DNA of 64,000 nt from Octopus bimaculoides (taxonomy: Eukaryota). Position 1 is the first letter of the stretch. Each line of letters opens with the position of its first letter. The notes under the pieces were generated by a model. The model was not told the DNA's origin. It did not search any database and saw nothing but the letters and a program-made list of their open reading frames with translations. The position numbers and the translations under genes are program-made. Below are positions 1 to 11,973 of the stretch, one piece after another. Location: positions 81,512,455 through 81,576,454 of the forward strand of contig NC_068988.1 of NCBI RefSeq assembly GCF_001194135.2, given 5' to 3'.

Positions 1-729
1 ATAACAGCTGCAACTTCAACTGCTCCAATTTCAACACCGCAATTTTTTCATCATCCTGCCAGCCCACGTAAGTCCAGTCTTGCTTTGCTCTCCTTACTAA
101 CTCACCATGACATTTTTTTTTTTCTACCAAGATCTGTCACCCAAACACCACTTCATATCCACTTCTTCCCCTTTTTTATGTCTTCGTTTCTCTCTTCGCG
201 CCGTTCTCTGACGGGGTGAAACTGGGCTTAGCTGCTAGTATATATATATATAGGTGAGAAAGTTGGTATGTGAAAGCACGTGGTTGGATATATGAAAGAT
301 AAAAAAGAGTGAAAAAACTACAGAAGGCTTGTGTTATATGGTTAAAGTATATATTTAAATCGTTATGTTAGAAAAATGTTATAAAATTGTTTTTGAAGAA
401 ATAACCAGTTTCGTATTTTCTTTTCAAATTTCTCAAATTTCTCTACCTGTATCATATCATGTCTTCGCTATGGTGTAAGTTCTTTAACTGGTTTCAGTTA
501 GTGAACAGTGGTGGTCGTGATAGGACACCAACTACTTAGATGATTATATTAGCCCTGATTTTTATTTCCGTCTTGTATACATTTTACCAATTTCTATGTT
601 GAATTGCAAAGTCACATGATACAAAAGGACACAACATAGATAAATTCAGGATTTACACTGGTGTAAACATAAACAAACACTCCCACATGCACTGACATGC
701 ATACACACATGCATGCATGCATTGGAATG

Positions 730-1400
730 AACGAAAGATTGCTATTAAATACCTATGAAACAAAAGAGACAGTGAAGCTCTTGGAGTTCCCAGATGCAAC
801 AGAAAATATAGACTATGTCATATTTCTGTGGAAGACATCACAAGTGTGATTAGTAACTGCCCCAAAATATCATCACGGTACTACCTTCCTATGCAATAAC
901 AATATGCAATGGCATTTGGAGAAAAGACTGCCCTGGAATAAATATAGAGAATCCCCCTGTTATTGGATATGTACACAAATACCTGCACATGGAATACTGG
1001 TGGAACATTTCTATCAAATCAGCTGTCAAGGGTACACATTACAAGCCAGATATTGTTATTTGGAACCAACAAGAAAAAGTGTGTATAGTCATAGAGGTTA
1101 GCTGTCCTGCTGATGTGAATATCTCTTTGAAAATGAAAGAGAAAGTAGATAACTGTGGACAATTGCTTCAAAACCTCATGCTTCTTTATTTAGATTAGGA
1201 ATTCACATTTATACCAATAATAATTGGTGCACTTGGTATTTTGAGTAAATGCCTAAGTGAAAATTTGGATAAGCTATGGTTTTCAGGGAAAGAAATCAGC
1301 CAAATAACTCACACATTACAAATACAATTTATAAATGGAAGGGTAAAAATATGCAAGACTTTTCTCAAGTTAAAAATGTGATGTTTTTGTTATCTACATT
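730..1400 (+). mobile_element. R4/Dong-like non-LTR retrotransposon, 3' end (CCHC plus restriction-like endonuclease), decayed
   Basis: CRLCH..SNCP zinc-knuckle remnant followed by KPDIVIWN..IVIEVSCP..KEK (PD-(D/E)xK) and FIPIIIGALG. Contains stops and frameshifts. Confidence 0.8.
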
Positions 1401-1502
1401 CCAGTGATGGAGTTTTGTGTCTGTCAGAAAGCAGCTCCTTCCTCAGAGGAAGAATTTAAATAATTAAAAACAGAAGAGAACATACATTCAGGCATGCAAG
1501 TA

Positions 1503-2286
1503 AAATTAATGTTATGTACATTTCAGTGAATGACTCCCAGTTATTATATATTACATATAAAAGTTATGCAATTCTTAGCAACAAATTTAGAGTCCTTTGA
1601 CATCTTCAGATATTATAATTTGATTTGCAACCAACTTATATCTATATATATATCTTTTTCTTTCTCTCTCTTTCTCCTCCACCTTCTCTCTCTCTCTCTC
1701 TCTCTCTCTGGCTGGGTAACCATGTACATCCTCTACAACAAGACACCTGTTTTTGCATGCATGCATACATACACACATACATACAAAGTTGTAACCTTTA
1801 CAGTTCTAGTCAAATACTTTGTTAGGCGGCTTCCTGTGTGAAGTGCTGCTGAGGTGATATGTCTGGATTTGACTTATCTTATCAATTATCATATATATAT
1901 GAGTGTGTGTATATGTATGTGTGTGTGTGTGGAGGGGGGGGGGTAAGCAAAAAGCAGGTGATCACTTCAGCACCACTTCATGAAGGAACCTGTTTGAATA
2001 GCAATGTAAAGGTTACACCTTTAGATTTAGCAAAGAATGGTTGGTTATACTTCAGTCAATCTTTAGAGAAGCACTTCACCAATCCAAGGCATGTATAGCA
2101 AATATGTATGTCATAATCCCCTTCAAGTAAATCACAATAATTTTAATTAAGAAAACGAGAAGTCAAATTAATGTTATGCACATTTCAGCTGAATGCCAGT
2201 TATTACATGTTACACATAAAAGCTATGCAACTCTTTGCAACAAATTTAAGGTCCATTGACATTTTCAGACATTATTTAATTTGCAA

Positions 2287-2348
<62 letters not shown>

Positions 2349-2376
2349 GCCAGGTAACCATGTACACCCGTTTTTG
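1503..2376 (+). repeat. Local dispersed duplication (1503-1755 and 2165-2376)
   Basis: Both copies run aaattaatgttatg..catttcag..gcaacaaattta..tttgcaaccaactt-(CT)n-ggtaaccatgtaca..gtttttg. Confidence 0.85.
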
Positions 2377-2479
2377 TCTCTGCACACTCTAATCATTTAC
2401 CATCTGACACAAGATTACCTCCTCCAATGCCTCTGCCCCTCTCAAAGATTCCTTGTCTTGCAAACTTGCAAAGTTATAT

Positions 2480-2802
2480 GGTGACCCTGCCGGTGCTGGT
2501 GCCACTTAAAAAGCATCCAGTCCTCACTGTAAAGTGATTGGTATTTGGAAGAGCTTCCAGCTGCAAAAACTATGCCAAAACTGACCTCGCTTTTGCAGGT
2601 GCCATGTAAAAAAAAAAAAAAAAAAGCATTCAGTCCACTCTGAAGGGTAGTTAGTGTTAGGAAGCAGATCCAACCATAAAAACCATGCCAAAACAGATAC
2701 AGAGGTATGGCGCAGGCTTCTGCCTAGTCAGCTCCTATCAAACTGTCCAACCCAAGCCAGCATGGAAGGAGGAGATTAAACAATGATGATGGTGATGATG
2801 AT
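2480..2802 (+). mobile_element. Solo RTE-LINE 3' tail
   Basis: ggtgccacttaaaaagca motif and aaaccatgccaaaacaga..ccagcatggaa..(GAT)n. Same tail as the RT-bearing copies at 7.7 kb and 28.4 kb. Confidence 0.75.
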
Positions 2803-3200
2803 ATATATATTTATTATACATATGTGTGTGTACATATACACACTGTTTATTTAGAACATCTTGCAGATACAAGTTATACAAATTAAAAGCTCTGCTGTGT
2901 ACTAGAAATTAGCAAGCTTATGGAATCATCAGTAGAAAATATACACCATTCTGGTTCCTTCCTGTCAACTGTTTTGTTGTATACCAGCCTCCTAACTGAT
3001 ATGTACCCAACTTGCTAGGTCAGCTAGTTACCAGCCATGTAGCATCTTTTCCTTATCTCTTTTTTAACAAAATTCATTAGTTTGCCTGCTCAGCTCTGGT
3101 TTGCTTATCTTGGATATCTTTTGTGGTATTTCTTTTGTGAAGATTCAGACTTAGTAACAATGGCTGTCAACTCTTATTGCTTCTTAGTAATCATCTACTG

Positions 3201-3536
3201 CAGTGGTTCTCAACTGGAGACCATATGACCCCTCATGGTCCATATGAGATTTAGGGGAGCCACTTAATAATAAAATTGGGTCCACAGGAGCATTTTATGG
3301 GTCTATGAAAATGTTTTGCTTTAGATATATTTATTGCAAAAATGCAGTCAAGTTTCTTTCTCTGATGTTTTATATAGTTTGGCCTACACCACAAGTGTAT
3401 ATTTGATAAACAAAATAGGAATTTTGAAAGAAGTATCCATAAAGCTAGTTTTCAAACACTGAATGGCTATAGGGATCCACCAGAATGATATAGTAATCTA
3501 AGAGATCTGTAGATAAAAAATGGTTGAAAACCACTG
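3201..3536. mobile_element. hAT (Charlie-like) MITE
   Basis: TIRs cagtggttctcaac / gttgaaaaccactg; 8-bp TSD atctactg / atctacag (7 of 8 identical). Confidence 0.88.
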
Positions 3537-3718
3537 ATCTACAGTCAACTATAATTAGACAATATGCTGTCTTCCTGTCAGTACCCTCATGTTCTCCAAA
3601 GAGATGCTCATATATAAGAAATCTAGTTGATAAAATTTACCCACAACCTTGATGTGTCCCATTTGGTACAGAAGAAGAAAATTAAAATGAGAGTTAGATG
3701 TTAAAACTTTTGACTCAC

Positions 3719-3907
3719 CTGTATTTTTTATATCCAAGTATACAAAATTGATAAGGATCTTATACTGACTCTCAACTTTTATAAGCCAAGTGCATTGTAC
3801 ATTAGCAGGAAATGGTGCTGGGAAATGTGGAGATGTGATAACACCTCCCATACCATGAACAAACTCGGCACTACAGGGTTTATCAGGGGGTCCAAATGGT
3901 TGCCAAC
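3719..3907 (-). CDS. CUB-domain gene, exon C (linker plus CUB2 N-half)
   Basis: Acceptor tttttcttttcag|GT, donor G|gtgagt. 189 nt, phase 1 to 1. Encodes GWQPFGPPDKPCSAEFVHGMGGVITSPHFPAPFPANVQCTWLIKVESQYKILINFVYLDIKNT. Phase is compatible with exon B; membership in the same gene is inferred. Confidence 0.88.
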
Positions 3908-5144
3908 CTGAAAAGAAAAAAAAACGGAATATAAATTTTTACATCAAAAGAAAAGTCAAAGTACACGCTTGCATAACTGTCTGTCTCTCTAAAGTTCTAA
4001 AGTTGCGATAAAAAAAAAGACAGATTAAGTATTTATTGGAAGTTTTGGTTGAATAAAAGAGGAATATATTGTTAGATAGGGGAAACCTATTAGCATTCAT
4101 TTATTCTTTTATCCTTTTCTACTTCAAAGCATTGGACCATGGCTATGCTGGGGCAATAACCACAAGGAATTTAGCCAATTATATTAAGCCCTGCACTTTA
4201 CCTCATACCTATTCCAATATTCTTGTAAAATATAAAATGATAATTGGACATTGTTGGACCTCACCCCAAAATATGGGTCAATTTTCTTTTTTGTGATATG
4301 AGGGAAAGTAGGACTCTTCACTGAGTTTCCAACACTGGTGGGAAGAACTGAAAGTATTCTCAAAACGATCTTGCCTGAATGTTTATAAAAGAGCAGACTC
4401 TGTTAAAGGTACCAGATGGATTAAAACCCAAGGAGGTTATGGTAGGATTTGATCTTAGAGTACCAAGGGCTGAAACAAGTACAGCAAAGCTTCATGTTGC
4501 ATGTTGTTACAGGTCCACTAATCCACTATTTTGAAATAGTACCTTTTATTATGGTATCAAAAGAATGAAAGAGAAAGTTAACCTTAATAGGATTTGAGCT
4601 TAGGGCACCAAGGAGCAGAACAAATATCACAAGTCAATCTAATCCAATACTCTAACAATTCAACTTATCAACCACCTAAAATTTAAATAAATATACATAA
4701 ACCTTTCAGTCCATGAGCTTAATTCTTACATAGTGATAATTTCTACTGCATAGCTATCTTTGAATTGGCTACTATTTCCGGTGGTCAAGTTGTTCTCCTT
4801 CCCTCCCTTATATAAATCTTTCACTCACAAAGCTGCTCCCACCAGTAGTCTCATCCACATTACTGCTGCACCAAAAAGTGTCTACATTACTTATTTAGTC
4901 AATTAACAAACTGCCTATTCTTTTCTCTCTACCTATTATGATTTAACCAATTAGCTGTTTGTTTATATATTTTAATCATTGACCCATTTATGTTTGTAAT
5001 AATAATGCTTATCATAATAATAGTTACAACACTTTGCAATTTTAACATGATTGAATGATGGGAGATTAAAGTGGGAACAACGAATATGACATACTTGTTA
5101 TCAAATCATCATTGAAGCCTTCTTTTCAGAAGCTGAATACCATC

Positions 5145-7940
5145 CCCACCTTCTCATGTTCCTCCCATGTCTCTTTCCAGTTTCTCAGAGTTAGTACTGT
5201 CAATGTAGGTAGGGTGAGATTGTTGAGATGCTTGAATGGAAGCATGTTGATGCATGTTGCATTCAAGAAGTAAAGTGGAAGGGAGCTTCAGTCAGGTTCC
5301 TCACGAGCAAGACACATAAATATAAAATAAATATAAAATCTTTTGGGAAGGTAACAGTGATGGGGTAGGTGGTGTTGGTAGACTTCTTGCAGAGAAATGG
5401 ATTGATAAGGTCATAGAGATAGTCAGAGTGTGTGATAGAGTACCTAATCTCAGGCTAGTTTTGAAGAATAGTACAGCAACAATTATCTTTGCCTATGCAC
5501 CTCAGGTGCTACCATATGAAAAAAAGGACCGCCTTTATGATATTCTTCTGCAGGATACCTCAAAAACAAATGACAGTGACCTCATCTTCATGGCTGGTGA
5601 TTTCAATGGATATGTTGGGTAGCAGCTTCGGTGGAGTACATGGGGGCTATGGAATTGGTTACCATAATGAAGTAGGGACAAGGCTACTGGAGTTCTGTGA
5701 TGTGAATAACCTAATGATTGACAACACCAATTTCAGGAAGCCAGCCAATCACCTGATTGCCTATCAATCAGGTGATCACACTAGCCAGATTGATTACATC
5801 CTCACCAGACAGAGAAATACATGGTTGTTCATAAATGCAAAGGCTTAAAATGTTTTGAATTGTAAGACAGAGTGTCAGAGAAAAGTGTGATATGGTAGGA
5901 GAGAAATGTGCTTGCATGGATGATGGCTCACTCACAGTTAGTGATTTTGCAAAGAAGGAAGCTTGCAAGTGCCACTATGAAAGACTGCTAAATATAGGGA
6001 ATGAATGGGAGAAGGAGAGCCTGCCTAATGTGGACCAACAAAAGGACCGGCTATTTGAATCAACAGTAGCTTAGTAGATAAAACAATTAAGGATATGAAG
6101 ACAAAGAAAGCCTCTGGACCATCAAGAATCACTGCTGAGGTCCTTAAAATCTCTGTGGGATGGGTCATAACCTGGTCACCCATATAGTTAATCAAGTTGT
6201 TCAAAAGGGAGTCATACTCAATGACTGGTGTAGCAGCATTGTAGTCAACTGCTACAAAGGCAACAGTGACTCCATAAACAGAAATAACTATAGAGGAATC
6301 AAGTTGCTGGACCAAGTAATGAAAGTAGCAGAAAGGATCATAGCTCAGTTAATTAAGAATAGAGTTAGCACAGATGAGAGGCAGTTTGGATGTGTACCAG
6401 AGAGAAGAACCACTGATGCAATTTTCCTGGTGCGGCAACTGCAGGAGAAATATTTATCCCAAAATAAACCTCTCTTTCTGGTTTTTGTTGACATGGAGAA
6501 AATCTTTAACAGGGTCTCCGCTCCCTTATCTAGTGATTAGTAAGAGCTGTACAAGCCATGTACAGGGATGTTGTTAGAAGAGTGGGAGTCACCAATGAGA
6601 ATAACAAGGAGTTTAATGTACAAATAGGAGTCCACCAAGGCTTGGTTCTTAACCCCCTATAAATGAGGAATTTAAGACTAGCTGCCTTTGAGAGGTCCTC
6701 TATGCCAATGACCTTGTTCCTATTGCTGAATCACTACCAGAACAAGAGAAGAAATTTCAGGTATGGAAGCACAAACTGGAATTAACTAAGACCAAAATAT
6801 TGATAAGTAGGAAAACAGACAAATCACAAATCCCTCCAGGAAGATGACCCTGCTTGATATGTAGAAAAGGTGTCAGGAGAAACTCCATAAGGTGTACCCA
6901 GTGCAAGCTATGGACACATAAGAAATGCAGTGGTATCACTGAGTGACTAACGGAGAAGGTAGTCTTTACATGTGACAGATGTGCAGGTACATTAAACACC
7001 AGGAATGTACAAAAATAGACACCTTCATGTGTAGTGGGGATCCCTAAAAGTAGTAGACAGTTTCTCTTAATTAAGTGACCAAGTTAGTAGAGTGGGTGGT
7101 TGTTCCAAAACCATAGCTGCTAGAATAAGAATAGGCTGGACAAAGTTCAGAGTGTTACTACCCCTGTTTGTAACGAAGGATCTCTCCTTCAAAGTGAAAG
7201 GCACATTGTATGATGCCTATGTACGAACAGCTATGCTGCATAACAGTGAGACATGGGCTGTGACTACTGAGGATAAGTGAAGGCTTGAAAGAAATGTAGC
7301 CAGTATGCTTTGCTGGGTGGGTAGTCAATGTGCATATTCAACAAAGTGTAAATGATTTAAGGGAAAAATTAGATATAAGAGGTATCAGATGTGGTGTACA
7401 AGAGAGAAGACTGCACTGGTAAGGCCATGTAATGTGTATAAACAAAAACAGTTGCATTAAGATGTGCTGATCTTCAATTGTAGAAGGAACATGTGGAAGG
7501 GGCAGACCCAGGAAGACGTGGGATGAAGTGGTGAGAAAGGATCTAGAAATGTTGGAAGTTACAGAGGGGATGACAGGGGACTGAGACTCCTGGTGGTTTT
7601 CTTTGCTTGAAATGACACGTCAAGATAAGTAAAAGTGTGGTTGTCCTTGTATACAGCTTCATCTCATGCAACCCTCTCCAACTGAGTATCCCTAATCTTG
7701 CAGGTTCATAGGTGTTGATGCCACATAAAAAGCACCGGTGCTGGTGCTGCATAAATGTATCCAGTACACTCTGTAAAGTGGTTAGCATTAGAAAGGGCAT
7801 CCAGCTGTAGAAATCATGTCAAAACAGACAGGGAGCCTGAGCAGTCCTTCAGCTGGTCGGCTCCTATCAAACTGCCCAACCTATGCCAACATGGAAAACA
7901 GATTTTAAAGGACGATGATGATTATCCTGATGATGATGAT
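5145..7940 (+). mobile_element. RTE-clade LINE, decayed (APE endonuclease, RT with PHD insertion, 3' tail)
   Basis: APE motifs (CIQEV, FAYAPQ, MAGDFNGYVG, SQIDYILT); RT motifs NYRGIKLL, QFG..TTDAIFLVRQLQEK..FVD, GVHQG; C-terminal SETWA and GRPRKTW; terminal (GAT)n. Many stops. Confidence 0.93.
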
Positions 7941-8184
7941 ATTGGTTGTGAAACCATGCTGGTATAAACACGTACATTCTGTGGGCTTCCGCAGTTTCCA
8001 TCAAACAAATTCTACTGACAAAATACTGATCAATTCAAGGCTTTGATAAAAGATGCTAACTCAAAGTGTTGTGCAATGGGATTGAACCATGAAACTGAGC
8101 TTCTTAACTACTTGGCTATAACTGTAGCTTGCATGTTTTTTTTTCATTTAGTTATAGGTTTTTCCATGCAAAACAGTCAGTGAT

Positions 8185-8915
8185 CCATGGCTGTGTGGTT
8201 AAGAAGATTGCTTTGCAACCATGTGGTTTTGGATTCAGTTCCACTGCACTGCACCTTGAGCAAGTGACTTCTGCTTTAGCCCTTGGCTAACCAATGTCTT
8301 GTGAGTGAATCTGGAAGATGGAAACTGTATGGAGGCCCATCACACATGCATACACACACATCATGTATGTGTATGTGCCATTGTGTTTATGTTGTGTCAG
8401 TGACCCTTCTTTTACTACTTGACTGCTGATGTTGGCTTGTTTGCATCCCTATAACTTAGCAGCTCAGTAAAAGAGGTTGATAGAATAAGTACTGGACTTA
8501 AAGGTGGTGAGCTGGCAGAGACGTTAGCACGCCGGGCGAAATGCTTAGCAGTATTTCGTCTGCCGTTATGTTCTGAGTTCAAATTCCGCCGAGGTCGACT
8601 TTGCCTTTCATCCTTTCGGGGTCGATAAATTAAGTACCAGTTACGCACTGGGGTCGATGTAATCAACTTAATCTCTTTGTCTGTCCTTGTTTGTCCCCTC
8701 TATGTTTAACCCCTTGTGGGCAATAAAGAAATAAGAATAAGTACTGGACTTGAAATATTAGTACATAGGTTGATTTGTTTGACTAAACACTTCAAGGCAC
8801 ATTAATTACATTATTTACATTTCCTCATCTCTTGAATATAGAACTGCACTTCAAAGCAGTGCCACAGCATGGTCGTAGTCCAACAATTGAAGCAAGTAAA
8901 AGATAAGAGCTATAT
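8185..8915 (+). mobile_element. tRNA-derived bipartite SINE (family A), interrupted by a family B SINE
   Basis: Head tggctgtgtggttaag..ggattcagttcc, then caccttgagcaagtg, an internal microsatellite, gtaacttagc..gatagaataagtact, and tail cagcatgg..gaagcaagtaaaaga. Confidence 0.8.
8500..8733 (+). mobile_element. tRNA-derived SINE (family B), young copy
   Basis: A-box-like ggtggtgagctggcag, B-box-like gagttcaaattcc, core gcctttcatcctttcggggtcgataaattaagtaccag. CpGs intact; 18-bp TSD agaataagtactggactt. Confidence 0.9.
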
Positions 8916-9543
8916 AACAACCATATTGTTTTCATCTGAATGGCATCAACATCTCATATACAGAACTACTGTTGTTACAATAGTGATAGCTGGAATATTG
9001 GTGTTGCTGTAAGAAGAATGGTAGTAATGGAAGAAGTGTTGATGACATTATCAACAAAGTGAAAACAATTTAAAGCTCCATTTTGGTGGAACACCCTGTA
9101 GACAAACAATAATTATTTGCTTCAGTGGACATGTAGTTTCGATTTTAACACCAGATTACACTTGAAATAAACAAACAGAATGTTGGCTATGGTGAGTACG
9201 ATGCTGGAAGTCAGTGTAAATTCACAAATTAATGAAAGTTTTGCTAAATATTTCTGTTTGTTTATGATAAAAAATAAAATTAAGTCATGTCTTGTTTATT
9301 AGTTTACGTTTTTTGGAGATTAAGGTTTATTAGTTTTCTCATAAATAAATATTTCTCTATATTTACTCCTGGATTATCTAATTTATACCAGCATTAAAAA
9401 AAATAAATGGAAGTTAAAACACTTTAAATCCAATAATGCCAGTATTATCAACATGTAGATAATAGATGTATTTATTGGAATTTTTTCTGCTTATATAAGG
9501 TCAAGAAGCAGGTTTCATGTAACAAAAAATATTTCTTATATAT

Positions 9544-9940
9544 AGGCACAAGTATAATTTTGTGGCTAAGAGGTTTGTTTTCCTATCATGTAGTTTCAAG
9601 TTCAATCCCACTACACATCTTGAGCAAGTGTCTTCTGGTTTAGTCTCAAACTGACTGATATTTTTTTAGTGGACTTGGTAGATGAAAACTGTGTGGAAGC
9701 CTATGATATGTGTATATGTATGTGTGAGGACATGCATATGCATACATTTGTATTTGTGTTCATCTCTCATTGCATGACAACTGGTGTTGGTTTGTTTACA
9801 TCCCCTTAGTGGTCCAGTAAAAAGAAACTGACAGAATAAGTACCAGACTTTAAAACAAGTATTGGAGTTGACTTGTATCAAACCTATCAATGCATTGCCC
9901 CAGCATGGCCACAATTCAATGTGGGAAACATGCAAAGAGT
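9544..9940 (+). mobile_element. SINE family A, decayed
   Basis: cttgagcaagtgtcttct, (TG)-rich middle, gacagaataagtaccagactt, cagcatggccaca. Confidence 0.7.
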
Positions 9941-9987
9941 AAACGAAATTATAATCTGTTTTACATATAAAATTAGGATCTGCTAAA

Positions 9988-10227
9988 ACCAAGGTGCCAT
10001 GTAAAAAGCATTGCTGTGGTGTTGGTGCCATGTAAAAGGCACTGGCACTGGTGCCACATAAAAGGCACCCAGTACATCTTGTAAAGTGATTGACATTAGA
10101 AAAGGCCATCCAATCATCCAACAATAGAAACCAAGCCCAAACAGACTGTGGAATCTGGTGTGGCCCCTGGCCTTACCAGTTCCTGTCAAGTCGTCCAACA
10201 AATGCCAGCATGGAAAATGGATGTTAA

Positions 10228-10263
<36 letters not shown>
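9988..10263 (+). mobile_element. Solo RTE-LINE 3' tail with three hairpin units
   Basis: Three ggtgccaYRtaaaaRgcaY units, the conserved ctgtaaagtg..aagggcatcc-like block, and (GAT)n end. Confidence 0.8.
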
Positions 10264-10265
<2 letters not shown>

Positions 10266-10819
10266 ATGCTATTTTACCAAATATACCAGTGTCTCAGACA
10301 TTGAATAAATGTAGTCAGTTGAGCATATCTGGTAGTTTGAGAAACAGCTCCACGGAGCAACATCTTTCTCTACGCTTGATATCAAAATATGTTGCGGGGG
10401 AATTTTCTTACAACAATAGAAAATGTTCAAAGATCAATAATTCAGCAACAACTGTCAGATATTAGAATTGCTTGCGTGCAATGAAGTTGTTCAATTGTAA
10501 AAACTCCTTAGAACAAATTCATGGTTCTGGTTTTGTTGTTGTTTTTTTTTTCTCATAGCAGCAACATATTGGAAGCAACATGAAATATGAACAATATGTG
10601 TTGTTATTGAGTTAAACGAATATATATATATATTGTAGTTTATTATTTCCTCCTTTTTTTTTCTTAATTCCTCCCCTTTTTTCAACCCAGTCAGTAATCC
10701 CTTCTATTACTTTCCATTCCTCATCTTCCCTCTCTGGATCACTGTCTACTTTCTCTTCAGGCTTCCTTCTGTTATAGGGGCCACTTTAGGGCCTTAGCTT
10801 TGCAAGTTACATAGTAATC

Positions 10820-10998
10820 GTTACTATGCTGTGAACACTATGTTAAGTGATTGATATTAGGAAGAGCATCCAGCCATAAAAACCATGCCATAGCAGACAC
10901 TGGAGCACAAAGCAGTTCTCTGACTCATCAAATACTGTAAAACCATCCAACCCATGCCAGTATGGAAGCCAAACATTAAGTGATGATGCTGATGCTGA
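10820..10998 (+). mobile_element. Solo RTE-LINE 3' tail (short)
   Basis: attaggaagagcatccagccataaaaaccatgcc..aaccatccaacccatgccagtatggaa..tgatgatg. Confidence 0.7.
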
Positions 10999-11467
10999 TT
11001 ATATTTATTTGGACAATTTTGTTTTATGATATTTTGTACATTCACATTGCTTTGTAAACAAGCTGTCATGACAGGTAATCCAATCTTCTTTCATTCAATG
11101 TAAGGTCAACAAGTATTTCTTCCATTCTCAACTGCTGGCAGACATTCCAGTCTCCTATCTCTGCCAACTCTGCCAATTTTGCTTAAATATACAGCAGGTA
11201 CAATCTGCTTTCCAACCACATGGCTTCAGGCTTATTCTCACAATGTGGCACTCTTTATGAGTGAATTTTGTAGTCAGAAACTATGTGGAAGCCTGTTTGT
11301 TTGTTTGTTTCTTTCTTTCTTTCTTTGCTTGTTTGTTTGAATGCTGAAGGGTTTATACACTGACAAAATGATGAAAAACGAAAGAAAAAACCCCAGTGAA
11401 GAACACATCTGATAATTGTCCAAGATAGAAACTGCCTGAAATAAAATGGGATGGCCATGTCTGGTGT

Positions 11468-11690
11468 GGAGGCATATGGCTTAGTGGTTAGGGTGTTAGA
11501 CTCATAATTGTAAGATTGTAGTTTCAATTCCTGGATCAGACAATGCATTGTGTTCTTGAGTAAAACACTTCATTTCATGTTGCTCCAATCCACTCAGCTG
11601 GTAAAAATGAGTAATCTTGCAATGGATCAGCATCCTGTCCAGCGGGGAATATATATGCCAAAGAAACCAGAAAACTGGCCCTGTGATTCT
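11468..11690 (+). mobile_element. tRNA-derived SINE (family C, V-domain-like)
   Basis: tggcttagtggttagggtg / gtttcaattcc head, then tgtgttcttgagtaaaacactt..ccactcagctg..gatggatcagcatcctgtccag. Related copies at 40395-40630 (-) and 63530-63680 (-). The V-SINE resemblance is from recall only. Confidence 0.65.
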
Positions 11691-11942
11691 TATAAAGTAA
11701 TGTTTGGCATGTCTTTTATCTGCTGGATCAGTTACAACAAAATTATAAATCTTCACTAAAAGACATCCTCATTAAAAGGTTGTCTTCATTTGATAATTTC
11801 TGTTAAATGTTAGGTTTTACAAATTCTTCTCTGGTATTTCTATCATCCCTTCCAAACACTGTGTTCTGCTTCACTGAACTGACTGATTCTTCCTCTCTAC
11901 TGTGCCTGATTAACATAAAATATGTTTTAGAATAGAGTGGGG

Positions 11943-11973
<31 letters not shown>

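Noticed and set aside
203-232. ctgacggggtgaaac, a hammerhead-like core near (TA)n
   Set aside because: Stem II is nearly absent, there is no GUH triplet and no stem I complementarity; at best a relic.
1-3718. Exon for the second half of CUB2
   Set aside because: No CUB C-half motifs (CG, F-x-S/T-D, GF) in any minus frame; 2890-3190 looks like an RTE remnant. The exon is presumably beyond the window.
8500-8590. tRNA genes (also the heads at 11468, 20242 and 33690)
   Set aside because: They have A/B-box-like motifs but no complete cloverleaf and continue into SINE bodies.
9126-9191. Plus-strand exon-like segment (ttcag|...|gtgagt)
   Set aside because: Stops in all three frames and no partner exons on the plus strand.
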